The notes under the pieces were generated by a model, which was not told the DNA's origin, did not search any database, and saw only the letters and a list, made by a program, of their open reading frames with translations. From Candidatus Eiseniibacteriota bacterium (GTDB lineage Bacteria; Eisenbacteria; RBG-16-71-46; CAIMUX01; VGJL01), in NCBI GenBank assembly GCA_041946735.1, contig JBHGAY010000001.1:32001-96000 (forward strand): a stretch of 64,000 nt of DNA. The letters are read 5' to 3'. Shown here piece after piece: positions 46,365 to 55,736 of the stretch. The position numbers and the translations under genes were made by a program. Position 1 is the first letter of the stretch; each line of letters starts with the position of its first letter.

Positions 46365-47498
46365 TCAAGAGAACGCCTGCTCCAGGTCGGCCCGCAAGTC
46401 CTCCACGTCCTCGATGCCGACCGACAGGCGCAGCAAGCCGTCCTCGAAACCGCGGGCGGCGCGCTCTCCCGCCGGCATCGAGGCGTGCGTCATCGTTGCC
46501 GGGTGGCAGAGGAGGCTCTCGACGCCCCCCAGGCTCTCGGCAAGGGCGAAGAGATGGGTGCGTCCGGCGAAACGGGCGGCCGCCTCGAGGTTCTCCAGGA
46601 CGAACGAGACCATCCCCCCGAAGCCGCTCGCCTGGCGCGCGCAGAGGGCATGGCCCGGATGCTCGGGGAGGCCGGGATAGAGCACGCGCTGGACCTCCCG
46701 CCTCTCCTTCAGCCACCGCGCGATCTCGCCGGCGTTCTGCTCGTGCCTCGCCATGCGGAGAGGCAGGGTCTTGATCCCCCGCAGCGCGAGCCAGCAATCC
46801 ATCGGGCCCGGAACTGCGCCGACCGCGTTCTGCAGGAACGCGAGCCGCTCGGCGAGGTCGGCGCGCCGCACGACCACGATTCCGCCGACCATGTCCGCGT
46901 GCCCGTTGAGGTACTTCGTCGTCGAATGCAGGACGATGTCGGCGCCGCGCTCGAGCGGTCGCTGGAAGAACGGCGTGAGGAAGGTGTTGTCCACCGCGAG
47001 GAGCAGCCCTCCCGCGCGGCACACGGCGGAGACCGCTTCGAGGTCGACGATCTTCATCAGCGGGTTCGTCGGCGTCTCGACGAAAACCATCCGGGTCTGC
47101 GGCCGGCGCGCTCTCGCAATCGCCTCGGGATCGGTCTCGTCGACGTAGGTGAAGGCCAGGCCGAGGCCCCGAAAGACCTTCTCGAAGAGGCGGTAGGTGC
47201 CGCCGTACATGTCGTCCGAGGCAATGACGTGGTCTCCCGCCTGGAGGAGCTGCAGGACGGTGGAGATCGCGGCGAGACCCGACGAGAAGGCAAACCCTCG
47301 TTCTCCCGCCTCCAGCCTCGCTACGCACTTCTCCCACGCTTCGCGCGTCGGATTCTGCGTGCGCGCGTACTCGTAGCCCTTGTGCTTCCCCAGTCCCTCC
47401 TGGACGTAGGTCGACGTCTGGTAGATCGGAACCGTGATCGCCCCGGTGGAGGGATCGGGGTGTTGGCCGGCGTGCACCGCGTCGGTCGCGAATCCCAT
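46365..47498 (-). CDS. Cystathionine gamma-lyase/synthase (Cys/Met PLP family)
   Basis: PIYQTSTY, YARTQNPTR, FSSGLAA, DDMYGGT, ETPTNP, VDNTF, HSTTKYLNGH (PLP Lys), LAESLGGVESL, RLSVGIED. Confidence 0.93.
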   Translation of the reverse strand: MGFATDAVHAGQHPDPSTGAITVPIYQTSTYVQEGLGKHKGYEYARTQNPTREAWEKCVARLEAGERGFAFSSGLAAISTVLQLLQAGDHVIASDDMYGGTYRLFEKVFRGLGLAFTYVDETDPEAIARARRPQTRMVFVETPTNPLMKIVDLEAVSAVCRAGGLLLAVDNTFLTPFFQRPLERGADIVLHSTTKYLNGHADMVGGIVVVRRADLAERLAFLQNAVGAVPGPMDCWLALRGIKTLPLRMARHEQNAGEIARWLKERREVQRVLYPGLPEHPGHALCARQASGFGGMVSFVLENLEAAARFAGRTHLFALAESLGGVESLLCHPATMTHASMPAGERAARGFEDGLLRLSVGIEDVEDLRADLEQAFS

Positions 47499-47631
47499 CG
47501 AAAACCCGCCTTTCCTCTGTTCCGTGCCCGTCCGTTCTTCCGCCGTTCCTCACAGGTCCGCCGGACCGCGGGGCGACCGGGCGTGACCGCACGGTCGCGC
47601 TCGCGCCGTGCCGGGCGGGAGCGCCGGCGTT

Positions 47632-49044
47632 CTAGCGAGCGATGTACTCGATCAGGTCGAACCGGGTGAGGATGCCCACGATCTCGCCTCGCTCCTCCAC
47701 GAGGAGCGCGGGGAGCCGGTCGGCCAGCATGCGCGCCGCGTCCCTCACGGGAGCGTCCGAAGGAATCCGTGGCAAAGGAGCCTCAGCGAGCCGGGTCACG
47801 GGATCCTCGAGATGCGCCTCTCCTTCGAGGAGCTTCTTCAGGAGCGTTCCCTCGACCAGCGTCCCCTCGACGCGCCCCTGATCGTCGACGATCGGAAGCT
47901 GGGAGACGTTGTGAGCCTGGATCAGCGCGAGCGCGTCGCGCATCGTGCCGCCTTTTCGCACGGAGACGACCGGCGGAAGGCCGACCTTCTTCGCGCGGAC
48001 CACGTCGGCGACGCGCAGCAGCTCGGGATCGAGCATGCCGTTGTCGCGAAGCCACTCCTCGTTGTGGAGCTTGCTGAGGTAACGCTCGCCGGTATCGGGG
48101 ATCAGCGCGACGATCGTCTGATCCTCGCGCATCTCGCGCGCGAGCTGCAGGGCCGCCGCCACGGCCGTTCCCGCCGACCCGCCGCACAGCATCCCCTCCT
48201 CCCGCGCGAGCCGCCGGGAGACCGCGAACGAGTCGCGGTCGGAGATCGTCAGGATGCGGTCGAGAACCGAGAAGTCGAGGGTGCCCGGGATCATGTCCTC
48301 TCCGATCCCCTCGACCAGATAGGTGTGGGCGCCCGAGTGGCGCCCCGTCTCGAACTGCTCGCGCAGGATCGATCCTTCCGGGTCGGCGCCGACGACGAGG
48401 ACCGATGGGTTCTTCTCCTTCAGGAAGCGTCCGGTCCCGCTGATCGTCCCGCCGGTCCCCATTCCTGCCACGAAAGCGTCGACCTTGCCGCCGCACTGCT
48501 GCCAGATCTCCGGCCCGGTGGTGCGGTAATGGATCTCCGGATTGTCGGGATTGAAGTACTGGTTCGCGTGGAAGGCGCCCGGCGTCTCGCGAACAATTCG
48601 CTTCGCGACCTCGTAGAAGCTCTCCGGGGAGTCGGGAGGGACCGACGTGGGGGTGACGACGACCTTCGCGCCGTAGGCTTTCAAGAGGTTGATCTTCTCG
48701 CGGCTCATCTTGTCGGGCATCGTGAAGATGGCCCGATAGCCCTTGACCGCCGCGACCATCGCGAGGCCGACGCCGGTGTTGCCCGAGGTCGACTCGACGA
48801 TCGTCCCGCCGGGCTTCAATAGCCCCGCCCGCTCGGCCTGCTCGATGATGTGGACGCCGATCCTGTCCTTGACACTGCCGCCGGGATTGAAGAACTCGAC
48901 CTTCGCGAAGAGGGCCGGGCGCACGTCGCGCCCGACGCGTTGGAGTCGGACCAGGGGGGTGCCGCCGATCGTCTGGAGGATGTCGTCGTACCGGGCGTTC
49001 TTCTGGTCCAAGCGAGAACCCTCCTCCGCGAGCGGCTGCGGCAT
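47632..49044 (-). CDS. cbs: Cystathionine beta-synthase with C-terminal CBS-domain pair
   Basis: IGGTPLVRL, NPGGSVKDRIG (PLP Lys), TSGNTG, NQYFN, GMGTGGT, VEGIG, PDTGERYLSK, then two CBS domains. Confidence 0.92.
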   Translation of the reverse strand: MPQPLAEEGSRLDQKNARYDDILQTIGGTPLVRLQRVGRDVRPALFAKVEFFNPGGSVKDRIGVHIIEQAERAGLLKPGGTIVESTSGNTGVGLAMVAAVKGYRAIFTMPDKMSREKINLLKAYGAKVVVTPTSVPPDSPESFYEVAKRIVRETPGAFHANQYFNPDNPEIHYRTTGPEIWQQCGGKVDAFVAGMGTGGTISGTGRFLKEKNPSVLVVGADPEGSILREQFETGRHSGAHTYLVEGIGEDMIPGTLDFSVLDRILTISDRDSFAVSRRLAREEGMLCGGSAGTAVAAALQLAREMREDQTIVALIPDTGERYLSKLHNEEWLRDNGMLDPELLRVADVVRAKKVGLPPVVSVRKGGTMRDALALIQAHNVSQLPIVDDQGRVEGTLVEGTLLKKLLEGEAHLEDPVTRLAEAPLPRIPSDAPVRDAARMLADRLPALLVEERGEIVGILTRFDLIEYIAR

Positions 49045-49078
49045 GGGCTGAGGCCTCGGCCTCGCGCTTCGCGCCGCG

Positions 49079-50476
49079 CTAGTGGGTCACGCGAGCTAGA
49101 TACGTCTCGTAGTCGTACCCCTTCGCCTTGCCCCATTCCCCGGTATGGCAGGTCTCGCAGATCGCCGAGGCGGCGTGCTTGCGGAAGCCGTTGTTGGCCG
49201 ACGCGGCGACCATCTGGAGGGGGGTGGAGCCTCTCGAGTGCATCGTCCCCAGCCCATGGCAGGCTTCGCACTGGACGTTCTTCATGTCCGGCTCGGAGAC
49301 GTTCTCCGCGAAACCGCCCACAGTCTCCCAGCCGGTCACGTGGCAGCTGACGCAAGCCGGGTCCTTCTCCTTGCCCGCCTTGACCAGCGTCTCGTAGGCG
49401 TGGGCGTGCGGCGTGCTGGCCCACTGCGCCGTCTGCGTCGCGTGGCACCGCTGGCACTTCTCTCCCCCGATCATCTTGTCGGAGGCGAGCTGTCCCTCGA
49501 CGTCCGAGAGCTTCTTCTGCTGCTCGGCGCGCAGCATCTGCTTCGCCTGGTCCTCGATCTGCTTGATCTCCGCGGAGACGGCGGTGTTCTCAGGGAACTG
49601 CTCGTCGAGAGGGGCGTTGCGCGTGCCCCAATCGGTGATCCGGCCTTCGGGATCGACGATCAGGACGAGCTGGCCGATGTATTGCCCGCGCATTCCGGTC
49701 TGCTGGACGATCGTCGAACCGAGCTTCTCGCCATGGTCCTTCCAGCCCGGATCCCGCCCGTAGAGAGCCACGTCGATCCCGGGGACCTTCGTGATCAGGT
49801 CCTCCGACTCCTGCTGCGACATCTGCGACATCAGGACCACGAGCTCCGCCTTCTTGTGAAGCTCCGGCACCAGCGCCTGGGCCGTCTTCAGCGGATCCTC
49901 GGTCCGGAACTCGAGGCCGCCCTTCGGCTGCGAGCGAGCGACCTCGCTCGGACTGATCAGCGAGAAGAACGCGACCTTGACCCCGCCGACTTCGGTGACC
50001 ATGTACGGGTCTCCGCCCGGCTGCTCGGCGCCGTTGCGCAGCACCTTCAGGTTGCTCGCGACCGAATGGATGGGGCTGTTCGCGAAGAGCTGGCGATAGA
50101 GGTCCCAGTCGTTCATTTCGCGGTAGCCGGGCGTCGAGGCCAGGTACCCCATCTTCTCCATCTGCTGCCAGATGAAGCGGCTCTTCAGTTCGCCGACGGT
50201 CTGCTCGTTGTTGAGGAAGTTCCCCAGATCGACCAGCGCCAGGCTCTTTCCCGAAGCTCGAAGCGAATCCACCACGCCGGCCCGCCGGGCCAGCCCGCCC
50301 TTCTGGCTAGCGTGTCACCCACATGGAGCCAGCTCGCCATTCGTGGATCCGAGCGAGAGGAGCATCACCTCGCTGTTCGACTCCCGGTGCCCGCTCCCCT
50401 TCATGCCGGCGCATCCCGGCAACAGGGCGATCGCGAGAGCCAGGCTCAGGATCGCCAGGCTGATCTTCTGGAACAT
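49079..50476 (-). CDS. Predicted selenoprotein: lipoprotein, UshA/5'-nucleotidase-like domain with C-G-U motif fused to a tetraheme cytochrome c
   Basis: GGAGG RBS, ATG 50476, lipobox LPGC (Cys22), GELAPCG-TGA-HASQKGGLARRA continuing in frame into ORF 49079..50275; TGA at 50315-50317 is codon 54; heme motifs CQRCH, CVSCH, CEACH, CETCH. Confidence 0.85.
50273..50314 (-). promoter_or_regulatory. Candidate bacterial SECIS stem-loop
   Basis: Directly 3' of the UGA: CACGCUAGCC pairs with GGCCGGCGUG (one mismatch), enclosing CGGG-CUGG-CCCG whose loop begins about 21 nt after the UGA. Confidence 0.55.
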
Positions 50477-50805
50477 TCCCCAAGTCCTCCAAGAGAAGGG
50501 ATCCCATCCCGTTGCACGGCCACACCATGCCCGTTGAGGTTACCACCCGGGCAAACGTCGCAGCAACAAACCCTTCGGTTCCGTTTCTGCTCCGTTGCTT
50601 TCCCCCTTATCGGCCGGCCGGTCCGTCCGCTCGCGCTCCGCGTCAGCCTACCCCGAGCGCCCCTCACCGGACGAATTTCGGCTCCTTGGGCCTCCGGCGA
50701 CCGGTCCTGTCGGACGGCGCGCACCTCGCCGCGGGCACCGGCCGGGAGGAGTTCGCTCTTGATCATCTCCGCGATCCTCCGCCCCCGAGCCTCTCCTCGG
50801 CCGTC

Positions 50806-53800
50806 TCAGCGCTGCTCGCGCTCGTACTTCACGTCGGGGAGCGACTTGATCGAGATACGGAAGTAGTAGGACGTGTCGGATCCCCGGACCTGGCGGTCGA
50901 ACGACGCCTCCCAGCAGTGCAGGTCGCGGTAGAGCGAGAGCCCCTCCGAGCGGATCTCCCGATCCTGGAGATCGAAATAGATGCTGTAGGTGACCCGCCA
51001 GCTGGTGGTCGGCACGATGCTCGCCGTCACGTTCATCGCATTGGCGATCGAGCGGCGGGGCGCGCTGCGCGAGAAGCTGTGCCCGATGCTCACCGACCAG
51101 TTGCCGATCGCCGACGCCCTGCGCTCCCCCGGCCGGTTCCTTCCCGAGACCGCCTGCCCGAAGCCGCTGTAGGCGCCGGTCAGGCTGTCGCCGGGCGCCG
51201 CGGCCGAGCCACCGCCTCCGCCACCGCCGCCTTGGAAGCGGAGGCTCGTCTGCACGGAGAGGTTGCGGAGGCGCCGCGAGTAGGGATCGTGGCTGACCGT
51301 CCAGGAGTTGTCGATCCAACGGGACGGGCTCAAGCGAAGGTTGTTCGTGATCGGACCCCAGGCGCGGTTCTCGTCGCGGCGCTCGAAGTCGTAGCTGGTC
51401 GTCGTCGTCCAGAGGATCAGGTTGTCGATCTTGATCGGGGTCTTCGGATCGGCGCCGCGGAACTTCGCGTGCACGCGCTGCGTGAGGCTCAGCGAGACCG
51501 CGCTCGCGCGCGCGCCCGAGAGCGAGATCCCGCCGACCGACGGGAAGCGAGAGCGCTCGACGCCCGCCGAGTCGGCGTAGGTCAGGCTGGGGAAGTCCGG
51601 GGAGTAGCGCCAGGATGCGGAAGGCTCGATCACGTGGCGCAATCCCGTCAACGGTCCGACCGGAACGGCGAACGTCCCGTAGAGAGCGGTCCGCGCCGAG
51701 ATCCCCGCGTTCCAGACCGCCCCGACCGCATGCTGCTTGCCGAGGGCGTCGCGCCGGAACCAGGCCGCAGTGCCGTTGACCGACGGCTGGACCTTCAGGT
51801 ACGGCCCGAGCGTCCGGTTGTCGGAGAGTCCGCTGGAAACCTGCGCGGCCTGGTCGTCGCGCGTCGGCTCCCCCCACTCCTTCGTGAACGTGCTGCGGAA
51901 GCGGGAGGAGAAGGTGGCGTAGACGGTCGAGAGGGCGGGAAGCCTCCCGCCGCGGCCCCGGTCGTCCGGCTTGACGCCGACCGGGAAGCTGTTCATGGAG
52001 AAGTCGAGGCTCGGCAGGTTCTGCTGCACCTGGATGTCCGAGGCGTTCCGGTCGAGGTATTCGGTGCGGTCCGCGGTCAGCGAGAGGCTGGCGCTCGACC
52101 AGGCCTTCCGGACGTCGACGTTCGACTTGAGGATGCGGTTCAACACTTCGTCGACCGACCCGCCGAAGGCGCGGTCATCGCGGAAGTTCTGGTCGCTCAC
52201 GAAGTCCGCGCGCGCGCGCAGGCTGGCGCGCTCGCCGAGCTGCTGCTCGTGGCCGCCGCGCAGGTCCCAGCGCGTCCTTCTCGACCCGAACTGCGTCTCG
52301 CGCGCGAACGATCCGAAGAGATCGCCGCGAAGCGAGTAGCGGACGTTGTAACGCAGCTGGCTGCTGATGACGGTCCGGGGAACCCCTTCGTAGTAGTCGG
52401 CCCAGACCATCGCGTCGGCATAGTCGTTGGGCGCCCAGTAGTAGCCGAGGTTGCGCAGGAACCGCCCGCGCGTCCGGTCGAAGCCGAACTCGACATCGGG
52501 CATCAGCACGCCGGAGTGCCGTCCCCGCTTGATCGGGAACACCCAGTACGGAAGCGCCAGCAGCGGAATGTCGTGCAGGTAGAGGACGATCGGGCGCGCG
52601 ATCACGCGATCCCCGAGCCGGATCTTCATGCGAGACGAATGGAAGTGGTAGTGGTGCGTGTCGGCGAGGCAGGTGGTGTAGTCCCCGCCGCGGACGAGGA
52701 GGATCTTGTCGTCGACCCGCTTGATCTCCTCCCCTTGGTAGACTCCTCCCTCGAACTGCGTCTCCCCCGAGTAGACGAACCCCTGCCGCTCGTCGAGGCG
52801 GTAGATCATTCGCTCACCGACGAGCGCGCTCTGCTGATCCTGCAGCTTCGGCTCCCCCGTCGCGACGACCCGGTCGCGCGACGCCTCGTAGTCGACGTCC
52901 TTCGCCTGCAGCTCGAGGTTCTGGTAGTGAACGGTCGCGCTCCCTTCGATCCGGATCTTCTTCTCCCCGACGAAGAAGACGACCTTGTCGCCCGAGTAGG
53001 CGACCCGCTCCGCAGGATCGAACGGCCCGGCGCGCTCGAGCGAATCCGGAAGCGGCTGATCCGGTGCCGCGAGGAACTGCGCGACCGCGCGCGCGACGTA
53101 GAGGGAATCGGCCATCCTCGCGACCGTCGTGTCCGGCTTCTCGCGCGGCAGGACGTAGGCGCCGCTCGCCGCCCCTTCGAGATCGACCTGCTTCGCCTCC
53201 CCGCCCTCGAGAGAGATGCGGATGCGGCGGCCATGGGCGAGGTTCGACCCGACGTCCCCTTCGCGCCGGTCCTCGGGCGAGGGGAGGTAGAGGCTGCGCG
53301 CCTCGCCGCGCACCTCGATCTCGCGCACGCCGGTCGAGTCGAGCCGCGCGATCAGGGTGTCCCCCAGGATGACGTTCACCTCGCCCGGTTTCTGCTCGGG
53401 TCTGTAATCGACATGCGCGTGGCCAAGCACCTCGAGCCGCTCGGCTCGTCCCTCGTGCAGGACGATCGCCATCGAGTCGCCCCGCACCTCGCCGTCCTCC
53501 TCGATCGTCATCGGATGGTCGCGCAAGAGAAGGACGTCCCGATCGAAGTCGAGATCGGCCGACCCGGCGCGCGCCTCCACCTCCTCGCGATCGATCCGGA
53601 CGTCGCCGTAGGCGCGCCCGCGCCGCCCGCCGGAGAGCAGGACGAGCGTGTCGGCGTGCACGACGACCGGCGCCTCGTTCCCCTTTCCCGGGGAACGCAG
53701 CACCGGTGAGCCGGTAATCACCGCGCGATCGGCCACGCGGTCCATTTCCGCCCGTTGGCCGGTGATGCGCACGCTGTCGCGCAGATCGAGGATTCGCACG

Positions 53801-54387
53801 TCCCCGGTCGCGATCGCTTCGCGCGGCCCGCTGCGGTAGACGACCTCGTTGGCGTCGACGATCGACCGGTCGTCCTGCAACCGCACGTCGCGGCGAAGAT
53901 CGACGATCCCCCTGCCGCGCTGGTAGGTCAGCTCGCTCGCGGCGAGCCGCCCCTCCGGACCGTTCCCCGTCACTCCGCCGGTCAGGATCGCGCGCCCGCT
54001 CGCCCTCTCGTAGGTCGCCTGGGCGGACTGCAGCGTGCGCGTCGAATCGCGCAGGACGACGTTGCCGGTCAAGAGCAGCCGGTCCTCCGCCCGCCACCAG
54101 ATTCCCTGGTCCGCCGTGACGACCGTCGATCCCTGCACGGCACGCGGCTGGACGATCCGCGTCTCTCCGGCCGGCGTTCCCTCGAGCGACTCGCCCGTGA
54201 TCGTCCACGGCTCTCCCCCATCGGACGGAGAAGGCGCGGGCGCTGCATCTGCGGATGGCGGGGCGGGCACGGCCGGCTGCTGGCCGCCCGCAAGTCCCGC
54301 CAGCACGGAAAGCGATAGGAGGAGCAGGAGCGCGAAAGAGAGCGCGAGGGCAAGCGGGCGGTCGCGACGGCGGCGGCCGGAACGCAT
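50806..54387 (-). CDS. lptD: LptD-like outer-membrane protein with extended OstA/LptA-like N-terminal region
   Basis: Signal peptide; long run of beta-jellyroll-like repeats (LTGNVVLRD, LTGGVTG, ATGDVRI, AYGDVRI, ATGEPKL); YTTC, ARPIVLY...PLLALPY..FP....RHSG.LMP, LGYYW, LYRDLHCWE. Confidence 0.85.
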   Translation of the reverse strand: MRSGRRRRDRPLALALSFALLLLLSLSVLAGLAGGQQPAVPAPPSADAAPAPSPSDGGEPWTITGESLEGTPAGETRIVQPRAVQGSTVVTADQGIWWRAEDRLLLTGNVVLRDSTRTLQSAQATYERASGRAILTGGVTGNGPEGRLAASELTYQRGRGIVDLRRDVRLQDDRSIVDANEVVYRSGPREAIATGDVRILDLRDSVRITGQRAEMDRVADRAVITGSPVLRSPGKGNEAPVVVHADTLVLLSGGRRGRAYGDVRIDREEVEARAGSADLDFDRDVLLLRDHPMTIEEDGEVRGDSMAIVLHEGRAERLEVLGHAHVDYRPEQKPGEVNVILGDTLIARLDSTGVREIEVRGEARSLYLPSPEDRREGDVGSNLAHGRRIRISLEGGEAKQVDLEGAASGAYVLPREKPDTTVARMADSLYVARAVAQFLAAPDQPLPDSLERAGPFDPAERVAYSGDKVVFFVGEKKIRIEGSATVHYQNLELQAKDVDYEASRDRVVATGEPKLQDQQSALVGERMIYRLDERQGFVYSGETQFEGGVYQGEEIKRVDDKILLVRGGDYTTCLADTHHYHFHSSRMKIRLGDRVIARPIVLYLHDIPLLALPYWVFPIKRGRHSGVLMPDVEFGFDRTRGRFLRNLGYYWAPNDYADAMVWADYYEGVPRTVISSQLRYNVRYSLRGDLFGSFARETQFGSRRTRWDLRGGHEQQLGERASLRARADFVSDQNFRDDRAFGGSVDEVLNRILKSNVDVRKAWSSASLSLTADRTEYLDRNASDIQVQQNLPSLDFSMNSFPVGVKPDDRGRGGRLPALSTVYATFSSRFRSTFTKEWGEPTRDDQAAQVSSGLSDNRTLGPYLKVQPSVNGTAAWFRRDALGKQHAVGAVWNAGISARTALYGTFAVPVGPLTGLRHVIEPSASWRYSPDFPSLTYADSAGVERSRFPSVGGISLSGARASAVSLSLTQRVHAKFRGADPKTPIKIDNLILWTTTTSYDFERRDENRAWGPITNNLRLSPSRWIDNSWTVSHDPYSRRLRNLSVQTSLRFQGGGGGGGGSAAAPGDSLTGAYSGFGQAVSGRNRPGERRASAIGNWSVSIGHSFSRSAPRRSIANAMNVTASIVPTTSWRVTYSIYFDLQDREIRSEGLSLYRDLHCWEASFDRQVRGSDTSYYFRISIKSLPDVKYEREQR

Positions 54388-54389
54388 TC

Positions 54390-55736
54390 TCACCCCTCCG
54401 CCGGGTCGTTCCCGGCGGCCGCGCCGTTCCAGAGCGGATCGCGAGGCCCGATGCCGAGTCGCTCGAAGACCGGCCCGACCGTGTAGAAGGAGCCGGTCAC
54501 GAGGATGCCCTCCCGATCGGTCCGAGCTTGCTCCGCCGCGTCGAACGCCTCGGCCGGCGAGGCGTGGGCGGAGGCGGGCAGCCCTACCGTCCCGCAGATT
54601 TCGGCGAGCGCCTCTGCGGAGACGGCGCGGTCGGTCGGCGGCGTGCAGGCGTGGACGAACGTCAGGCGCGGCGCGAGCGCGCGCAAGAACGCGGTATGGT
54701 CCTTCCCTTCGACCATTCCGACGACCGCGCGCATCGCCGTCGCTCGCCGCACGAGGAGCTGCGCGAGGAGCCGGGAGAGGCTCTCGGCCCCCTCGGGATT
54801 GTGACCGACGTCGCAGATCACGAGCGGGTCCTGCCGCACGACCTCGGCGCGTCCCGGCCATCGGGCCCGCGCGGCGCCGGCGCGGATCGCGCGCGCGTCG
54901 ATCCCCATCTCGGCGGGCAGCAGCGAGAGGGCGAGAATCGCGGTCGCGGCGTTCGAGACCTGATGCGCGCCGGCGAGGGCGAGATCGATCTCGAGCGGTT
55001 CGCGCGGCCCGGGCTGGCCGGGGCGGGCCTGGACGAGGAACCGCGATCCGCGTGGCGTGAGAGCGATGTCGGAGACCCGCAGGCAACGGCGCCGTTCGTA
55101 GATCGGGATGCCGATCAGGCGAGCGCGAGCATCGAGGACGGCGAGCGCGTCGGAGTGGCGGACGGAGACGACGGCCGGAGCGCCCGCGCGAAAGATCCCG
55201 GCCTTCTCGCCGGCGATCGCCCCGCGGGTTTCTCCGAGGATCTTCACGTGATCGAGGTCGATCGTCGTCACCACCGTCACCAGGGCGCGAACCGGCCGGC
55301 TCGCATCGAGCCGGCCGCCGAGCCCGACCTCCACCGCCGCCGCGTCCACTCCGCGTTCGCGGAACCACAGGAACGCGAGCAGCGTCGTCGCCTCGAAGAA
55401 GGATAGCTCCCATCGGTCGACCGTGGGGCGGATCGCGCCCGCCAGGGCGACGACGTCCCCCTCGGGAATCATCCGGCCGTCGATCCGGATCCTCTCGCGG
55501 AAGTCGATCAGGTGGGGCGAGGTGAAGAGGCCGGTGCGGCGGCCGGCCGCCTGCAGGCAGGAGGCGACGATCGCGCTGGTCGATCCCTTGCCGTTGGTGC
55601 CCCCGATCAGGACCGACGGGAAGGTGAGCTGCGGATCGCCGTGCTCGCGCAGCGCCCCCACGATCCGGTCCAGGCCGAGGCGCACGCCGCGCCGCTCGAG
55701 GGAGAAGAGCCAGGCGCAGGCGTCGGCGTAGGTCAC
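54390..55736 (-). CDS. folC: Folylpolyglutamate/dihydrofolate synthase
   Basis: LGLDRI, GTNGKGST, FTSPHL..FRERI, EVGLGGRLDA, IDLDH, EKAGIF, WPGR, DVGHNP, VTGSFY. Confidence 0.95.
   Translation of the reverse strand: MTYADACAWLFSLERRGVRLGLDRIVGALREHGDPQLTFPSVLIGGTNGKGSTSAIVASCLQAAGRRTGLFTSPHLIDFRERIRIDGRMIPEGDVVALAGAIRPTVDRWELSFFEATTLLAFLWFRERGVDAAAVEVGLGGRLDASRPVRALVTVVTTIDLDHVKILGETRGAIAGEKAGIFRAGAPAVVSVRHSDALAVLDARARLIGIPIYERRRCLRVSDIALTPRGSRFLVQARPGQPGPREPLEIDLALAGAHQVSNAATAILALSLLPAEMGIDARAIRAGAARARWPGRAEVVRQDPLVICDVGHNPEGAESLSRLLAQLLVRRATAMRAVVGMVEGKDHTAFLRALAPRLTFVHACTPPTDRAVSAEALAEICGTVGLPASAHASPAEAFDAAEQARTDREGILVTGSFYTVGPVFERLGIGPRDPLWNGAAAGNDPAEG

Noticed and set aside
50315..50317. 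TGA as a true stop or pseudogene lesion, or genome-wide TGA recoding
   Set aside because: Other genes here end normally in TGA. This one falls at a CxC/CxU position, has a downstream hairpin, and both flanks are intact and in frame. A sequencing error cannot be fully excluded.
50607..50614. GCCGATAA (sigma28-like -10) on the minus strand upstream of the selenoprotein
   Set aside because: No matching TAAA-type -35 at the right spacing; a sigma70-like pair closer to the gene explains transcription.
50446..50766. 106-aa ORF between lptD and the selenoprotein gene
   Set aside because: Has a GGAG-like upstream sequence but low-complexity composition, and runs over the selenoprotein promoter and start; unsupported without homology.
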